Below, one piece after another: positions 28,678-37,232 of a stretch of DNA of 64,000 nucleotides (position 1 is the first letter of the stretch; each line of letters starts with the position of its first letter). Location of the stretch: NCBI GenBank assembly GCA_041678665.1, contig JBAYNU010000003.1, positions 12,008-76,007 of the forward strand, written 5' to 3'. The notes beneath the pieces were generated by a model. That model saw only the letters and a list, made by a program, of their open reading frames with translations. It ran no database searches and had not been told where the DNA came from. A program made the translations under genes and the position numbers. Source of the stretch: Candidatus Magasanikiibacteriota bacterium. GTDB taxonomy: Bacteria; Patescibacteriota; Patescibacteriia; Magasanikbacterales; GWA2-37-8.

Positions 28678-30936
28678 TTAATAATTAATTATTTCGTCAT
28701 CGCTAAGAATGCCGACATTTTTGTTTTCGACCTTTATATCCCCAAAATCAACTGGGGAAATTCTTTCAATAATAATTTTTCTCTCCTTGTCTTTTTTGGC
28801 GTAAAATTTCAGACCGGCCTTTTCAAGATTAACAGAAATTATTTTCATCATCCGCAATAGCCGGCTCGGTGTTTGTGGCCATTGCCAATTTTTTTCAATT
28901 TTTATATTCAAATCTAATGCGACAGATTCCATTTCGGACAATAATTCTGACGGCGTATTTTCGATATAATTTGTCCGACCGTCGTTAAACATTTTCAACA
29001 ACACCAATGCGAGCGGACTTTCTTTTATGACCTCATCGTTTTGTTGTTGGAGTTTTTCGGAGTAGGCATCCAAAAATTTTTGTTTTCCGATATTTAATGC
29101 TTCGGCAATGGCGCAACCCCACTCCGCCCAGTCGGCCATCCGCGGTTTTTCTGCAAGCCTTATTTGAGGTTTGATATTAATCGCTTTCACGAGAGTATCA
29201 AAACACGCCCCGAGTATTTTGGGTTTTATGGCATTAAATTGGACTGATAACTCGGATTCTGTTTTTCTTTCCGTTTCAGAGATTCTCTCTAATTCAATAA
29301 GGAGTGAGCGGTCAAGAAGGTCGGGTTTATTTGCCACTACATTGATACCGTTAACGCCGAGGGGAATTTGAATATTATAAATAAAGTCGTCGTCATCCGA
29401 ATATAGAACGCGTTTACTGAATCCTTCTCCTGTGCACGCACGGCAAAATGCGTCACTTAGGTCATTTGACATTTTCGACAAATTATCAAACAGGCAAAGC
29501 CAGTGGTGGGAAGCTATTTGTGTAAATTCGCGGATATTCTCAATCGGGGGCAAGGTTTTGATTGCGGAAGGATCAACCAAACTTTTCATTATTCTGAACA
29601 CCGTGCTTTTGGATGACCCTTGAAGTCCTGATAAAACAATCACAGGATGAGGGAAGCCGCAAATATAGCAGGATAGAAGATAAACCAAAAAAACAATTTG
29701 ATCGTTTTCCTTTTTTAGATTAATGAATTTCAGCAATTCCTCTATATTGCCACCGCGTTCTGGGGCAACTTGCTTTTGTTGATGTCTAAATCGTTTAAAA
29801 AGTATTGGTGGATTCGATACGATTTCCCAACCGGTAGCACTAATTTTTACCGCTTGCTCACCGAGATCAAACCATAAATTATCCTCACAGTGCGCAATGC
29901 GGACATTAAGAAAAATAGGCATTTCTTTTTGGGCTTCCATTCGTAAATGGGCACAGACATTTTCAATCGTATCCTTACCTATCGTTTTGTTGTTGTTCAA
30001 ATAATACTGGCTGAATATCCAATCCTTAAATTCCCTTGAATCAATGGCAATAACTTTTGTGCCGTCGCCGTTAACCGCCGCCCAAGTCGAATTTTTATCA
30101 TCCACAAACACTTTTAACTTTGTTGTTGCCAAGAAATCAATTAATTCAACGGCCTTGCTTTGTCTGCTCTCATCACCGCCTAATTTATCAACGCCGAGTG
30201 GCTGCGGTGATGTTCTCTCTCGTTCGCAAATACTTTCAAAGACAGATCGGAGTTCGTCGTCAGCCAGCGGGGGAGTATTTTTTTGGTTCAATTTTTGTAA
30301 TCTGAACCAGACATCATTCTCCCAAAGCTGTGGAGGAAATCGTTTTAATAATTTTCCAACTATGGAGGCGGCTTGGGTATTTCTTTGGCCTTCTTTCACC
30401 CCATTATTTAATAGGCCACCAAATTCTTTATCTATTTTTCCTTCCGAATCATTACCTTGTAGACTCAAAAGTATCTCTTTGGGCAACTCGGCAATAGGAG
30501 TGGTATCTGGTGAATTTATCCATTCGTATGTTTTTGTAGAATCGATAATTGACGGCGGTGCTACTACACATCTGCCTTCTGCGCGAATATCAATATTCCG
30601 CCATTTCCTGACATCGTTTTTTATTTTTATATTAGGATTTCTGAAATAATAATGACGCCCGTTGTTTCCGGTTTTTGCCGAAACGGTCAACGGTAAATTA
30701 TCTATTCTACCGTTATCGTCGATGTCAATTACGAGTAAATCAGAAATTTGGCCGGTGATAATTATAATATTGGCTTTATTGGAATCAAACCATTGGTGCA
30801 GCTCAATATCTGTCGGTAATTTTGTTTGATACTCTTTCCACGATTTTAACAACGGCTTTTTTTCTCTATCATCACCGGGAACGACAGAAAAACCCATTGC
30901 TACATATTCTTTTGCCACTTCATATTTTGTTTTCAT
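28678..30936 (-). CDS. replication protein: primase-polymerase (prim-pol) N-terminal domain fused to P-loop SF3/D5-like helicase
   Basis: N-terminal bifunctional prim-pol-like region (V-V-P-G-D-D ... I-D-I-D motif) and Walker A G-L-Q-G-S-S-K-S-T at about aa 435. Confidence 0.65.
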   Translation of the reverse strand: MKTKYEVAKEYVAMGFSVVPGDDREKKPLLKSWKEYQTKLPTDIELHQWFDSNKANIIIITGQISDLLVIDIDDNGRIDNLPLTVSAKTGNNGRHYYFRNPNIKIKNDVRKWRNIDIRAEGRCVVAPPSIIDSTKTYEWINSPDTTPIAELPKEILLSLQGNDSEGKIDKEFGGLLNNGVKEGQRNTQAASIVGKLLKRFPPQLWENDVWFRLQKLNQKNTPPLADDELRSVFESICERERTSPQPLGVDKLGGDESRQSKAVELIDFLATTKLKVFVDDKNSTWAAVNGDGTKVIAIDSREFKDWIFSQYYLNNNKTIGKDTIENVCAHLRMEAQKEMPIFLNVRIAHCEDNLWFDLGEQAVKISATGWEIVSNPPILFKRFRHQQKQVAPERGGNIEELLKFINLKKENDQIVFLVYLLSCYICGFPHPVIVLSGLQGSSKSTVFRIMKSLVDPSAIKTLPPIENIREFTQIASHHWLCLFDNLSKMSNDLSDAFCRACTGEGFSKRVLYSDDDDFIYNIQIPLGVNGINVVANKPDLLDRSLLIELERISETERKTESELSVQFNAIKPKILGACFDTLVKAINIKPQIRLAEKPRMADWAEWGCAIAEALNIGKQKFLDAYSEKLQQQNDEVIKESPLALVLLKMFNDGRTNYIENTPSELLSEMESVALDLNIKIEKNWQWPQTPSRLLRMMKIISVNLEKAGLKFYAKKDKERKIIIERISPVDFGDIKVENKNVGILSDDEIINY

Positions 30937-30955
30937 ATTATTTTTTGATTATTTT

Positions 30956-31198
30956 TTATTGGTAGATAAGATTTTTTAATTCTTTGAGTGCGTAGTAAAA
31001 ATTTGTTGGCTCAACACAGACTTGGCGATTGCGGTATTTTTCGATTAAGTCGTTTAGTTTGGCGTCCGCTTCCGTGTAGAATATTGCCCGACCGCCGACC
31101 TTGCGACTAATGTTGATTGACCGTCCCTGTGTATATAGGTAGGCCATTAGGGGTAAGTCAGTTGTCTCAAAGTTTTTGTTTTGTTTCTCAGTATTCAT
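30956..31198 (-). CDS. small hypothetical protein (DUF5659-like pattern)
   Basis: 80 aa; family assignment tentative. Confidence 0.3.
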   Translation of the reverse strand: MNTEKQNKNFETTDLPLMAYLYTQGRSINISRKVGGRAIFYTEADAKLNDLIEKYRNRQVCVEPTNFYYALKELKNLIYQ

Positions 31199-31282
31199 AT
31201 TTGTTAATTTTTATTTTATTTAAGTCTGTAATTAGTGTAATAAAAATTAGACCAACTTATAATTAATCGCGGCTATCTCTTA

Positions 31283-31318
31283 AAAATTAAAAAAACGGCT
31301 TTGTTTAGCCGTTTCTTT
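31283..31318 (-). terminator. hairpin terminator downstream of 31345-32016 gene
   Basis: AAACGGCT-aaacaa-AGCCGTTT followed by T-run on minus strand. Confidence 0.5.
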
Positions 31319-31344
31319 ATGAAGTTACTAACATTGGCCAAAGG

Positions 31345-32016
31345 TTAACCAGAGGTTTCGGTTATATATTCAACATTATAATGTTTATTTATTCTAAAAC
31401 CGCTTGTTCTGCTCTCAACAATAAAATCCTCGGTGTTATCTACTTTTTCTCTAAAATTTTTATTAATTTTCTTAATAGCATTTGATGTAATAATATCTTT
31501 ATTTTTTTCGCTTTTTTGTTTTTGTGTTTTTTTACCGTCCAATTCGTTATATTCTTTGATTTTTTCAATAATGTCTCTAATTCGTAGGGGTTTTGAAGAA
31601 AGAACCAGCGAGCGAACTAGTTGGAATCTATCGCCGCTTACATTATAAATTTTTGTTTCATCGTCTTTTTTATATATACCATTAATATTCGACAATACGA
31701 CGTCGATTATGTCTGGGCTTACTGAGATAAATTGTTTTTTATTATCACCAGTTTCAGTTGACGAATAATAATTTTGAAAATTTTTTCCTTTACCCACCAA
31801 GACATATCTATTCCAATTACTGGGGGCAAAATCGATGACATTAATAATTTTTCTATTATGTAAACTCCGTAAAATTTTGAAGTATAATTTCAGACTAAAT
31901 CCGTCAGGGCAAACATTGTTGGCGTCTAAAATAATTGAATCTTTCCGCTCGGATTCAATGTTTAGTTTTATGTGTTTGATTATATTGTTTTCAACCAAAT
32001 CAATGTCTGTATTCAT
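31345..32016 (-). CDS. hypothetical protein
   Basis: 223 aa, Lys-rich, no motif recognised. Confidence 0.4.
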   Translation of the reverse strand: MNTDIDLVENNIIKHIKLNIESERKDSIILDANNVCPDGFSLKLYFKILRSLHNRKIINVIDFAPSNWNRYVLVGKGKNFQNYYSSTETGDNKKQFISVSPDIIDVVLSNINGIYKKDDETKIYNVSGDRFQLVRSLVLSSKPLRIRDIIEKIKEYNELDGKKTQKQKSEKNKDIITSNAIKKINKNFREKVDNTEDFIVESRTSGFRINKHYNVEYITETSG

Positions 32017-32061
32017 ATTAGTTTCATTTTATATGTATTTTAAGCCATTATCGGCCCGAGG

Positions 32062-32736
32062 TCAACCCTTTGTATCCCCGTATGTGGGGTAATACTTTTC
32101 ACCGTTTTCCATAGTGACCCCGCCGTCCGCGTTTATCATCTCCTGCATTGCTTCGTGTATTTTGTTAAATTGGTCAGGAAATCTTTTCGCAAGTTCCCCC
32201 AAATTGTTTGGATTATCCGGATTGGTCGCGTCTTCATAAGCCCTCAATTGGTCTCCCTGTCCGCCAGCCATTATCTCCTCAATTTTAATAGTGGTTTTGC
32301 TTTTGCTAAGATTCCAACCCTGAATGTCGGCAAAATTTGTTTGCATTCTCTGAAATTTTTCCAAGGCAATCATTTTTTCAAACGGACGCCAATTTTTTGC
32401 CTTATTTTTCTCCGCGATGTGCATAGCCGCTTGCTCAATTACATCTTCCATTTGAGCAATATATACTTCACGCAATCTTTCAAAGTGGTCGCGGCGTTCC
32501 CACTTGTTTGATACCCGATTTTGCCGATAATATTCGGCGATGTCCCTTTCCAATGTTCTGAGGGTAATTTGTCCCCAATGTTTTGCGGAATTTAACCTGT
32601 TAATCTCGGCCAAAATAGATCGCATAGACAGGCCCGCGACTTTAAGGGAAATTTCCATTTCCCTGCGTTCTTCCAGCAAATTCATTGGCACGGGGTTTCT
32701 ACCCGCGTTGGTGGGGGGTAGCGACATTTCCGACAT
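32062..32736 (-). CDS. hypothetical protein
   Basis: 224 aa helical protein; no motif recognised. Confidence 0.4.
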   Translation of the reverse strand: MSEMSLPPTNAGRNPVPMNLLEERREMEISLKVAGLSMRSILAEINRLNSAKHWGQITLRTLERDIAEYYRQNRVSNKWERRDHFERLREVYIAQMEDVIEQAAMHIAEKNKAKNWRPFEKMIALEKFQRMQTNFADIQGWNLSKSKTTIKIEEIMAGGQGDQLRAYEDATNPDNPNNLGELAKRFPDQFNKIHEAMQEMINADGGVTMENGEKYYPTYGDTKG

Positions 32737-32759
32737 AAAATTACTTTATAAAATACATT

Positions 32760-33731
32760 TTAGGTATTGGCTAAAATTTCTTTTTTAATATGTTCGGCCA
32801 GTGCCCTCATAAAAGGCGGCATTACCGCGTTGCCGATTCTGGCCCATTGCTCTTTGTGGGTGCCGAGAAACTGAAAGTCGTCGGGAAAACCGGCCAACCG
32901 TTTCAACTCCTGAATGGTCAAATATCTGTTTTCAACCCAATGAAAAAGGCAAGCGGTTTTTGTAATGGTCGGGCACGGTTTATGCCTTGCTATTCGTTGG
33001 CAATTAAAATATTTACCGTTGTTATACTTTGCGCCGGTTTCACCCTCTCTACATTTCAACAAAACTTTTTTAATGGTAGTTATTCCGGGTATCTCTCTCG
33101 GTTCGGTAATAATTAAATTTTGTAGCGCCTCTTGAACGGTGATTATTTTGCCAGTCGGTTGAGGAAATGAGGGGATAACATTAAAATCTTTTCTGACGCC
33201 AATCCAAATTAACCTGCGGCGCGATTGTGGCACGCCGTAATTGGCGGTGTTCATCAATTGGCATTTAACATTATAATTCAGGGATTTTAGCCCGGTCATT
33301 ATCTCAATAAATCGTCCGCGCATTTTACCCTTAACCATTCCCGAAACATTTTCCATTAAAAAAACTTTGGGCTGTAATCCGTCAACCAATCGCACAAATT
33401 CCTTGAATAAATTATTGCGCGGATCGTTAACCTGTCTTTTGCCGGCAGTAGAAAAACCCTGACAAGGTGGTGAGCCGTCAAAAACATCTAATTCGCCGCG
33501 TTTGATTTGGCAGAATGACAATATCTCGTCGGTGCTAACGGCGGCAATATTCTTTTGCCATACGGGCACATCGGGAAAATTGCTTTTGAATGTTTGAACC
33601 GAGTTAGATTCCCATTCAATCGCCAGTAATTCCTTAAATTCGGCCATTCGGTATCCCAATGAGCTGCCGCCGCACCCGCTGAATGTAGAAATTACCGTCG
33701 GTGCCGTCGTTGTTGTCGGTAATGTGTTCAT
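32760..33731 (-). CDS. DNA (cytosine-5)-methyltransferase
   Basis: Motif I F-S-G-C-G-G, motif IV G-S-P-P-C-Q-G-F-S, motif VI E-N-V; start taken at internal ATG 33731 abutting upstream stop (ORF-track start 33788 would overlap 56 nt). Confidence 0.8.
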   Translation of the reverse strand: MNTLPTTTTAPTVISTFSGCGGSSLGYRMAEFKELLAIEWESNSVQTFKSNFPDVPVWQKNIAAVSTDEILSFCQIKRGELDVFDGSPPCQGFSTAGKRQVNDPRNNLFKEFVRLVDGLQPKVFLMENVSGMVKGKMRGRFIEIMTGLKSLNYNVKCQLMNTANYGVPQSRRRLIWIGVRKDFNVIPSFPQPTGKIITVQEALQNLIITEPREIPGITTIKKVLLKCREGETGAKYNNGKYFNCQRIARHKPCPTITKTACLFHWVENRYLTIQELKRLAGFPDDFQFLGTHKEQWARIGNAVMPPFMRALAEHIKKEILANT

Positions 33732-33732
33732 A

Positions 33733-34395
33733 TTAATTGAACTTGTAGCCGCACTTCGGGCAAGTGTGCTCGGTCTCAATATTTTCACTAAATTCTGGCT
33801 GCTCTAACTGCGACGGATTGGGAATATAGTCATCGGTTAAGACGGTATCGACGACACCGACATTATTTTTTTGTAATGAGCACCTGTCCAAGATATTGGC
33901 CGTTAATAATTGGCGCAAGTTATTGCCATTCTGAATAAAGTCGGTCAAAAATTCCTTGTTAAAACCCGTGCCCTCTAATTTTGCAAGTTCGCTTTCCTTT
34001 TCGGCCAATTCTCTCAATATTAGGCCCAATTTGTCAATTTCCCAGCCGCCGCTGATGTTATTTGCCGCTAAATTAGCCAATTTTTCGCGTTCTGGGGGCC
34101 ATTCTACCTCACGGTATGCAAATCTATTGCCTTTGGCCTCAATGTAGCCACCGGCGAGAGATTTGGAGTCCGTGGCTTGTTCAAATAGGTCCGTTATGAC
34201 GACTTCTGCGTCCGGGGCTATTTCAAGCAACCATTTGACCCTTTGATGGCCGCCGATCAAGTTGCCGGTGGCGCGGTTGAAAATTATGCCGCTTAAATCG
34301 CCCAGATCCGCTAAACTGGTTTTAAGCAAAGAAAAACTGGAATCTGAAATTTGGCGGGGATTCCAATCGGCGAGGTGTAAATCTTTTACTTTCAT
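33733..34395 (-). CDS. ParB-like nuclease (ParBc/sulfiredoxin-fold) domain protein with C-terminal zinc ribbon
   Basis: N-terminal D-L-H-L-A-D-W-N-P-R-Q-I-S ... G-G-H-Q-R ParB N-domain pattern; C-terminal C-P-K-C-G. Confidence 0.55.
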   Translation of the reverse strand: MKVKDLHLADWNPRQISDSSFSLLKTSLADLGDLSGIIFNRATGNLIGGHQRVKWLLEIAPDAEVVITDLFEQATDSKSLAGGYIEAKGNRFAYREVEWPPEREKLANLAANNISGGWEIDKLGLILRELAEKESELAKLEGTGFNKEFLTDFIQNGNNLRQLLTANILDRCSLQKNNVGVVDTVLTDDYIPNPSQLEQPEFSENIETEHTCPKCGYKFN

Positions 34396-34419
34396 AGAAT
34401 TGATAAATTAATAATAAAT

Positions 34420-34896
34420 TTAGTAGTTAGTTAGACACAAATTACCTACCGAAATTTTGTTTTCAAATAATGACCATTCGATCTCGCCCCAATCCTTAAT
34501 TGGTTTATTTAGATCAAGAATAACGACGGCCAATCTTTCTAAATTTTCATCCCAATTAACATATTTGGTTGGAAAGATTGATTTGCCAACGACAGTCGTC
34601 CCTTTCCAATATGTAAAATTTGTTTCAGAATTAGTATTTTCATAGAGGCGATTGCGGGGTATGTTAATTTGTAAATCGCCACCCTCCAACCCGATCCTTT
34701 GTCTGGTCATTTGGTTTGCGTAAGTATTACCGGTTTTTGTGTTTATAATTATGTGGTCATAATCTACAAAATCCGGCAAAACTTTTGTGTAATAAGACCT
34801 TATTTTGTCTCTAACGCGTTTGAGTTGGATATTAACACGGCCAAATTCATTGGCAATTTGTTTATATTCCCGTCTTGTTTGTGCTTCGTTAGGCAT
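34420..34896 (-). CDS. hypothetical protein
   Basis: 158 aa, no motif recognised. Confidence 0.35.
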   Translation of the reverse strand: MPNEAQTRREYKQIANEFGRVNIQLKRVRDKIRSYYTKVLPDFVDYDHIIINTKTGNTYANQMTRQRIGLEGGDLQINIPRNRLYENTNSETNFTYWKGTTVVGKSIFPTKYVNWDENLERLAVVILDLNKPIKDWGEIEWSLFENKISVGNLCLTNY

Positions 34897-35099
34897 ATTG
34901 TGATTAAATACTTAATAAAAAAAGGGTTCGGGCAAAATGTGTAGCCCGCCAAAATGATAATATTCATTTTGGATTGGACTTTACACATCTCGCCTGAACC
35001 CTTTGGGATCAAGCGTGTGTTGTTTGTTTCAACACACGAGAGTGTTTAGTTGTGATTGTATTATAATCTATGGGGCGGGTGAGTGTCAATATGTCGAAA

Positions 35100-36002
35100 T
35101 TAATTATAAGAATTAATGATACCGTCATCGGCACCATAAAAACACATCGGTGTATAACCAGACCAACACCATTGCCACGATCTCCCAGTTCCGTAGTTAG
35201 AAGGATTAGCCGAGCTCGGATTTCCTCGCTCCGATTTTAACATATCCAAACTCATACCAATCCAAATTTCATTATTTGCCAAGCGGTCGCAGGTTGAATG
35301 TCCCCACTCTGGGTGTTTGTTGCATATACGCCCCGCCCTTGAATTATCCCATTCGGCATCCTCTCTACCGATTTTTGCTGATTCTATGTCATCTTTCTGT
35401 TTCTGATTGGTATATTCTTTGTTTGTCATTAACGCGTCGCTCTCTATCCAAGCCACTATTTTCGTGTTGTCTCTATTGGTAGTTTTTATAAGCGATTTGT
35501 TATTGACTGTATCTTCCTCATACACATCCGCTTTAACTCCCGAATCAACAAAATATTCATCGGCATATTCTTTATTTTCGTAATTAGCTAAATCAAATTC
35601 AGAATAAGTATTATCCGGTCCTATCGGATTAATGAATTTATTATTAATGATACTATAAATCACCATTTCTTTTATAGGTTGTTTGCCATTGATGTATTCG
35701 GTAGTAAATTTTATTTTAGAAGCTATATCCGCCTGTCTTTTCGCAATGGATTGCTTTTGAGATTGCTCTTGTTGCGATTGTAGAAATGTAGTTGATATTA
35801 TGCCGATAAACATCATCGTGATCGTTAGCCAAACTAATATGCCAAGTGGTGATTTAAGAGAAAACCACATTTTAAAAGGATTGCTTTTTTCTTTTATTTT
35901 ATTCACCACTGGTTTGGGTGGAATCTGACTTTTACAATGCTTGCAAATAATAGCGTCTGATAAGACTTCTTCGGCGCAGAATGGGCATTTTATGTTTGAC
36001 AT
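35100..36002 (-). CDS. zinc-ribbon/TM-anchored hypothetical protein
   Basis: N-terminal C-P-F-C ... C-K-H-C zinc ribbon, one TM helix, Trp/Cys-rich C-terminal domain. Confidence 0.4.
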   Translation of the reverse strand: MSNIKCPFCAEEVLSDAIICKHCKSQIPPKPVVNKIKEKSNPFKMWFSLKSPLGILVWLTITMMFIGIISTTFLQSQQEQSQKQSIAKRQADIASKIKFTTEYINGKQPIKEMVIYSIINNKFINPIGPDNTYSEFDLANYENKEYADEYFVDSGVKADVYEEDTVNNKSLIKTTNRDNTKIVAWIESDALMTNKEYTNQKQKDDIESAKIGREDAEWDNSRAGRICNKHPEWGHSTCDRLANNEIWIGMSLDMLKSERGNPSSANPSNYGTGRSWQWCWSGYTPMCFYGADDGIINSYN

Positions 36003-36300
36003 AAAAATAAATTAAAAATAAAAATGGACACCCAAGACCTGCGAACTACAAAGGTGTCCCGAGAGACGCCGTTTGTGTTTGGTCTGGGTGCCCATTCCAA
36101 TACACAAACGACAAAGCGGTTAAGCTTTTTGCTTCTCTCGGTAATAATATCTTGTAGTTCGCAGGGTTATTATAGGCCAAACGGGGTAAAAAGTAAATAG
36201 GGGTAAATATAAAATGAATTTTATATTGTTAAAAATGCTAATTATAGGCAAAAATTCAATATTTTTAAATAGGATTGTCAATGTTGTTAACAGTCGGCAG

Positions 36301-36329
36301 TTGACATAGTTTGGGTTATCGGCTATACT
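36301..36329 (+). promoter_or_regulatory. consensus sigma70 promoter with overlapping short inverted repeat
   Basis: TTGACA - 17 nt - TATACT; TGTCA ... GTTAAC ... TGACA arrangement 36276-36306. Confidence 0.55.
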
Positions 36330-36371
36330 GATATAAATAGTTTCATTATTTATATCAAATTCACATAACTT

Positions 36372-36599
36372 ATGTCAGAAATAAAAGAAGAAAACAGATC
36401 AGCTCGCTTTAAGCGAGTTGCGGAACGCAGAACAAAAGCGGTTTTGCGGTCTATTCGAATTTTGGGTAATTGTTCAAATAAAAGCGCCTATCAATACTCG
36501 GACGAAGAAATAGCCAAAATTTTTAAGGCTATTGAAGATCAAATACGTTTAACCAAGGCTCGATTTCAAAAATCGAAAAATATTAAATTTACCCTATAA
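36372..36599 (+). CDS. hypothetical small protein (operon gene 1)
   Basis: 75 aa, basic/helical. Confidence 0.4.
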   Translation: MSEIKEENRSARFKRVAERRTKAVLRSIRILGNCSNKSAYQYSDEEIAKIFKAIEDQIRLTKARFQKSKNIKFTL

Positions 36600-36602
36600 T
36601 TT

Positions 36603-37220
36603 ATGACAAATAATTTAGCAGGCCTGTCGCGAGCAGAAAAAATTATACTTGTGATGTATAAGATGAGTGAGGGGACAAAAAAAAATTTGAAATACGAGGA
36701 CATTGTGGTCGGTGCATTTAAGATGTTTGCCGAAAATTTTCATTTGAGAGGATACTCTGAATATCCCGATTCTGGGGACTTAGTTCATAAACCACTGTAT
36801 GATTTTAGAAAAAAAGGATTAATAGAAGCTAATAATAAAGTTTTTTCCTTAACCGATCGCGGAATATCCTTTGCAGAACAAGTTGAAATACAAGCAAGCG
36901 GGAAACAAGTTGGTTACAGCGGAAGGTTGTCCAGATTCACGGAAAAGGAAGTGGCGCGTATTGAGACGACGGAAGGATTCCAACTTTTCGTTGATGGCAA
37001 AACAGATAAAATTACGGACACCGATTTTTTTAACTACATTGGGGTAACTCCGCGCACATCAAAAAATGATTTCCTCGGGCGTTTTGATACGGTATGTAGT
37101 GCCGTTGAAGAATTAAATAATCAAAAAAATTTACCATTTATTCGCGAAAAAATTGATCCCTACCATAAATTTATGCTTGAAAAATTTCAAAGTATAATAT
37201 CACATTATCAAACTAAATAA
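36603..37220 (+). CDS. hypothetical protein (operon gene 2), possible N-terminal winged helix
   Basis: 205 aa; 3-nt gap from gene 1. Confidence 0.4.
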   Translation: MTNNLAGLSRAEKIILVMYKMSEGTKKNLKYEDIVVGAFKMFAENFHLRGYSEYPDSGDLVHKPLYDFRKKGLIEANNKVFSLTDRGISFAEQVEIQASGKQVGYSGRLSRFTEKEVARIETTEGFQLFVDGKTDKITDTDFFNYIGVTPRTSKNDFLGRFDTVCSAVEELNNQKNLPFIREKIDPYHKFMLEKFQSIISHYQTK

Positions 37221-37232
37221 CTTCCCTTTACT

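Noticed and set aside
30044-30649. 201-aa plus-strand ORF inside the primase-helicase gene, and similar antisense ORFs (17790-18215 in rplL, 12255-12809 in xseA, 53560-53971 in dnaX, 55629-57310 in the ATPase)
   Set aside because: Antisense or alternative-frame ORFs inside well-supported genes; Ser/Pro/Cys-rich low-complexity translations typical of shadow ORFs
32760-33788. Longer start (33788) for the first C5-MTase
   Set aside because: Would overlap the upstream ParB-like gene by 56 nt; the internal ATG at 33731 abuts the ParB stop and precedes motif I, so the shorter model was preferred
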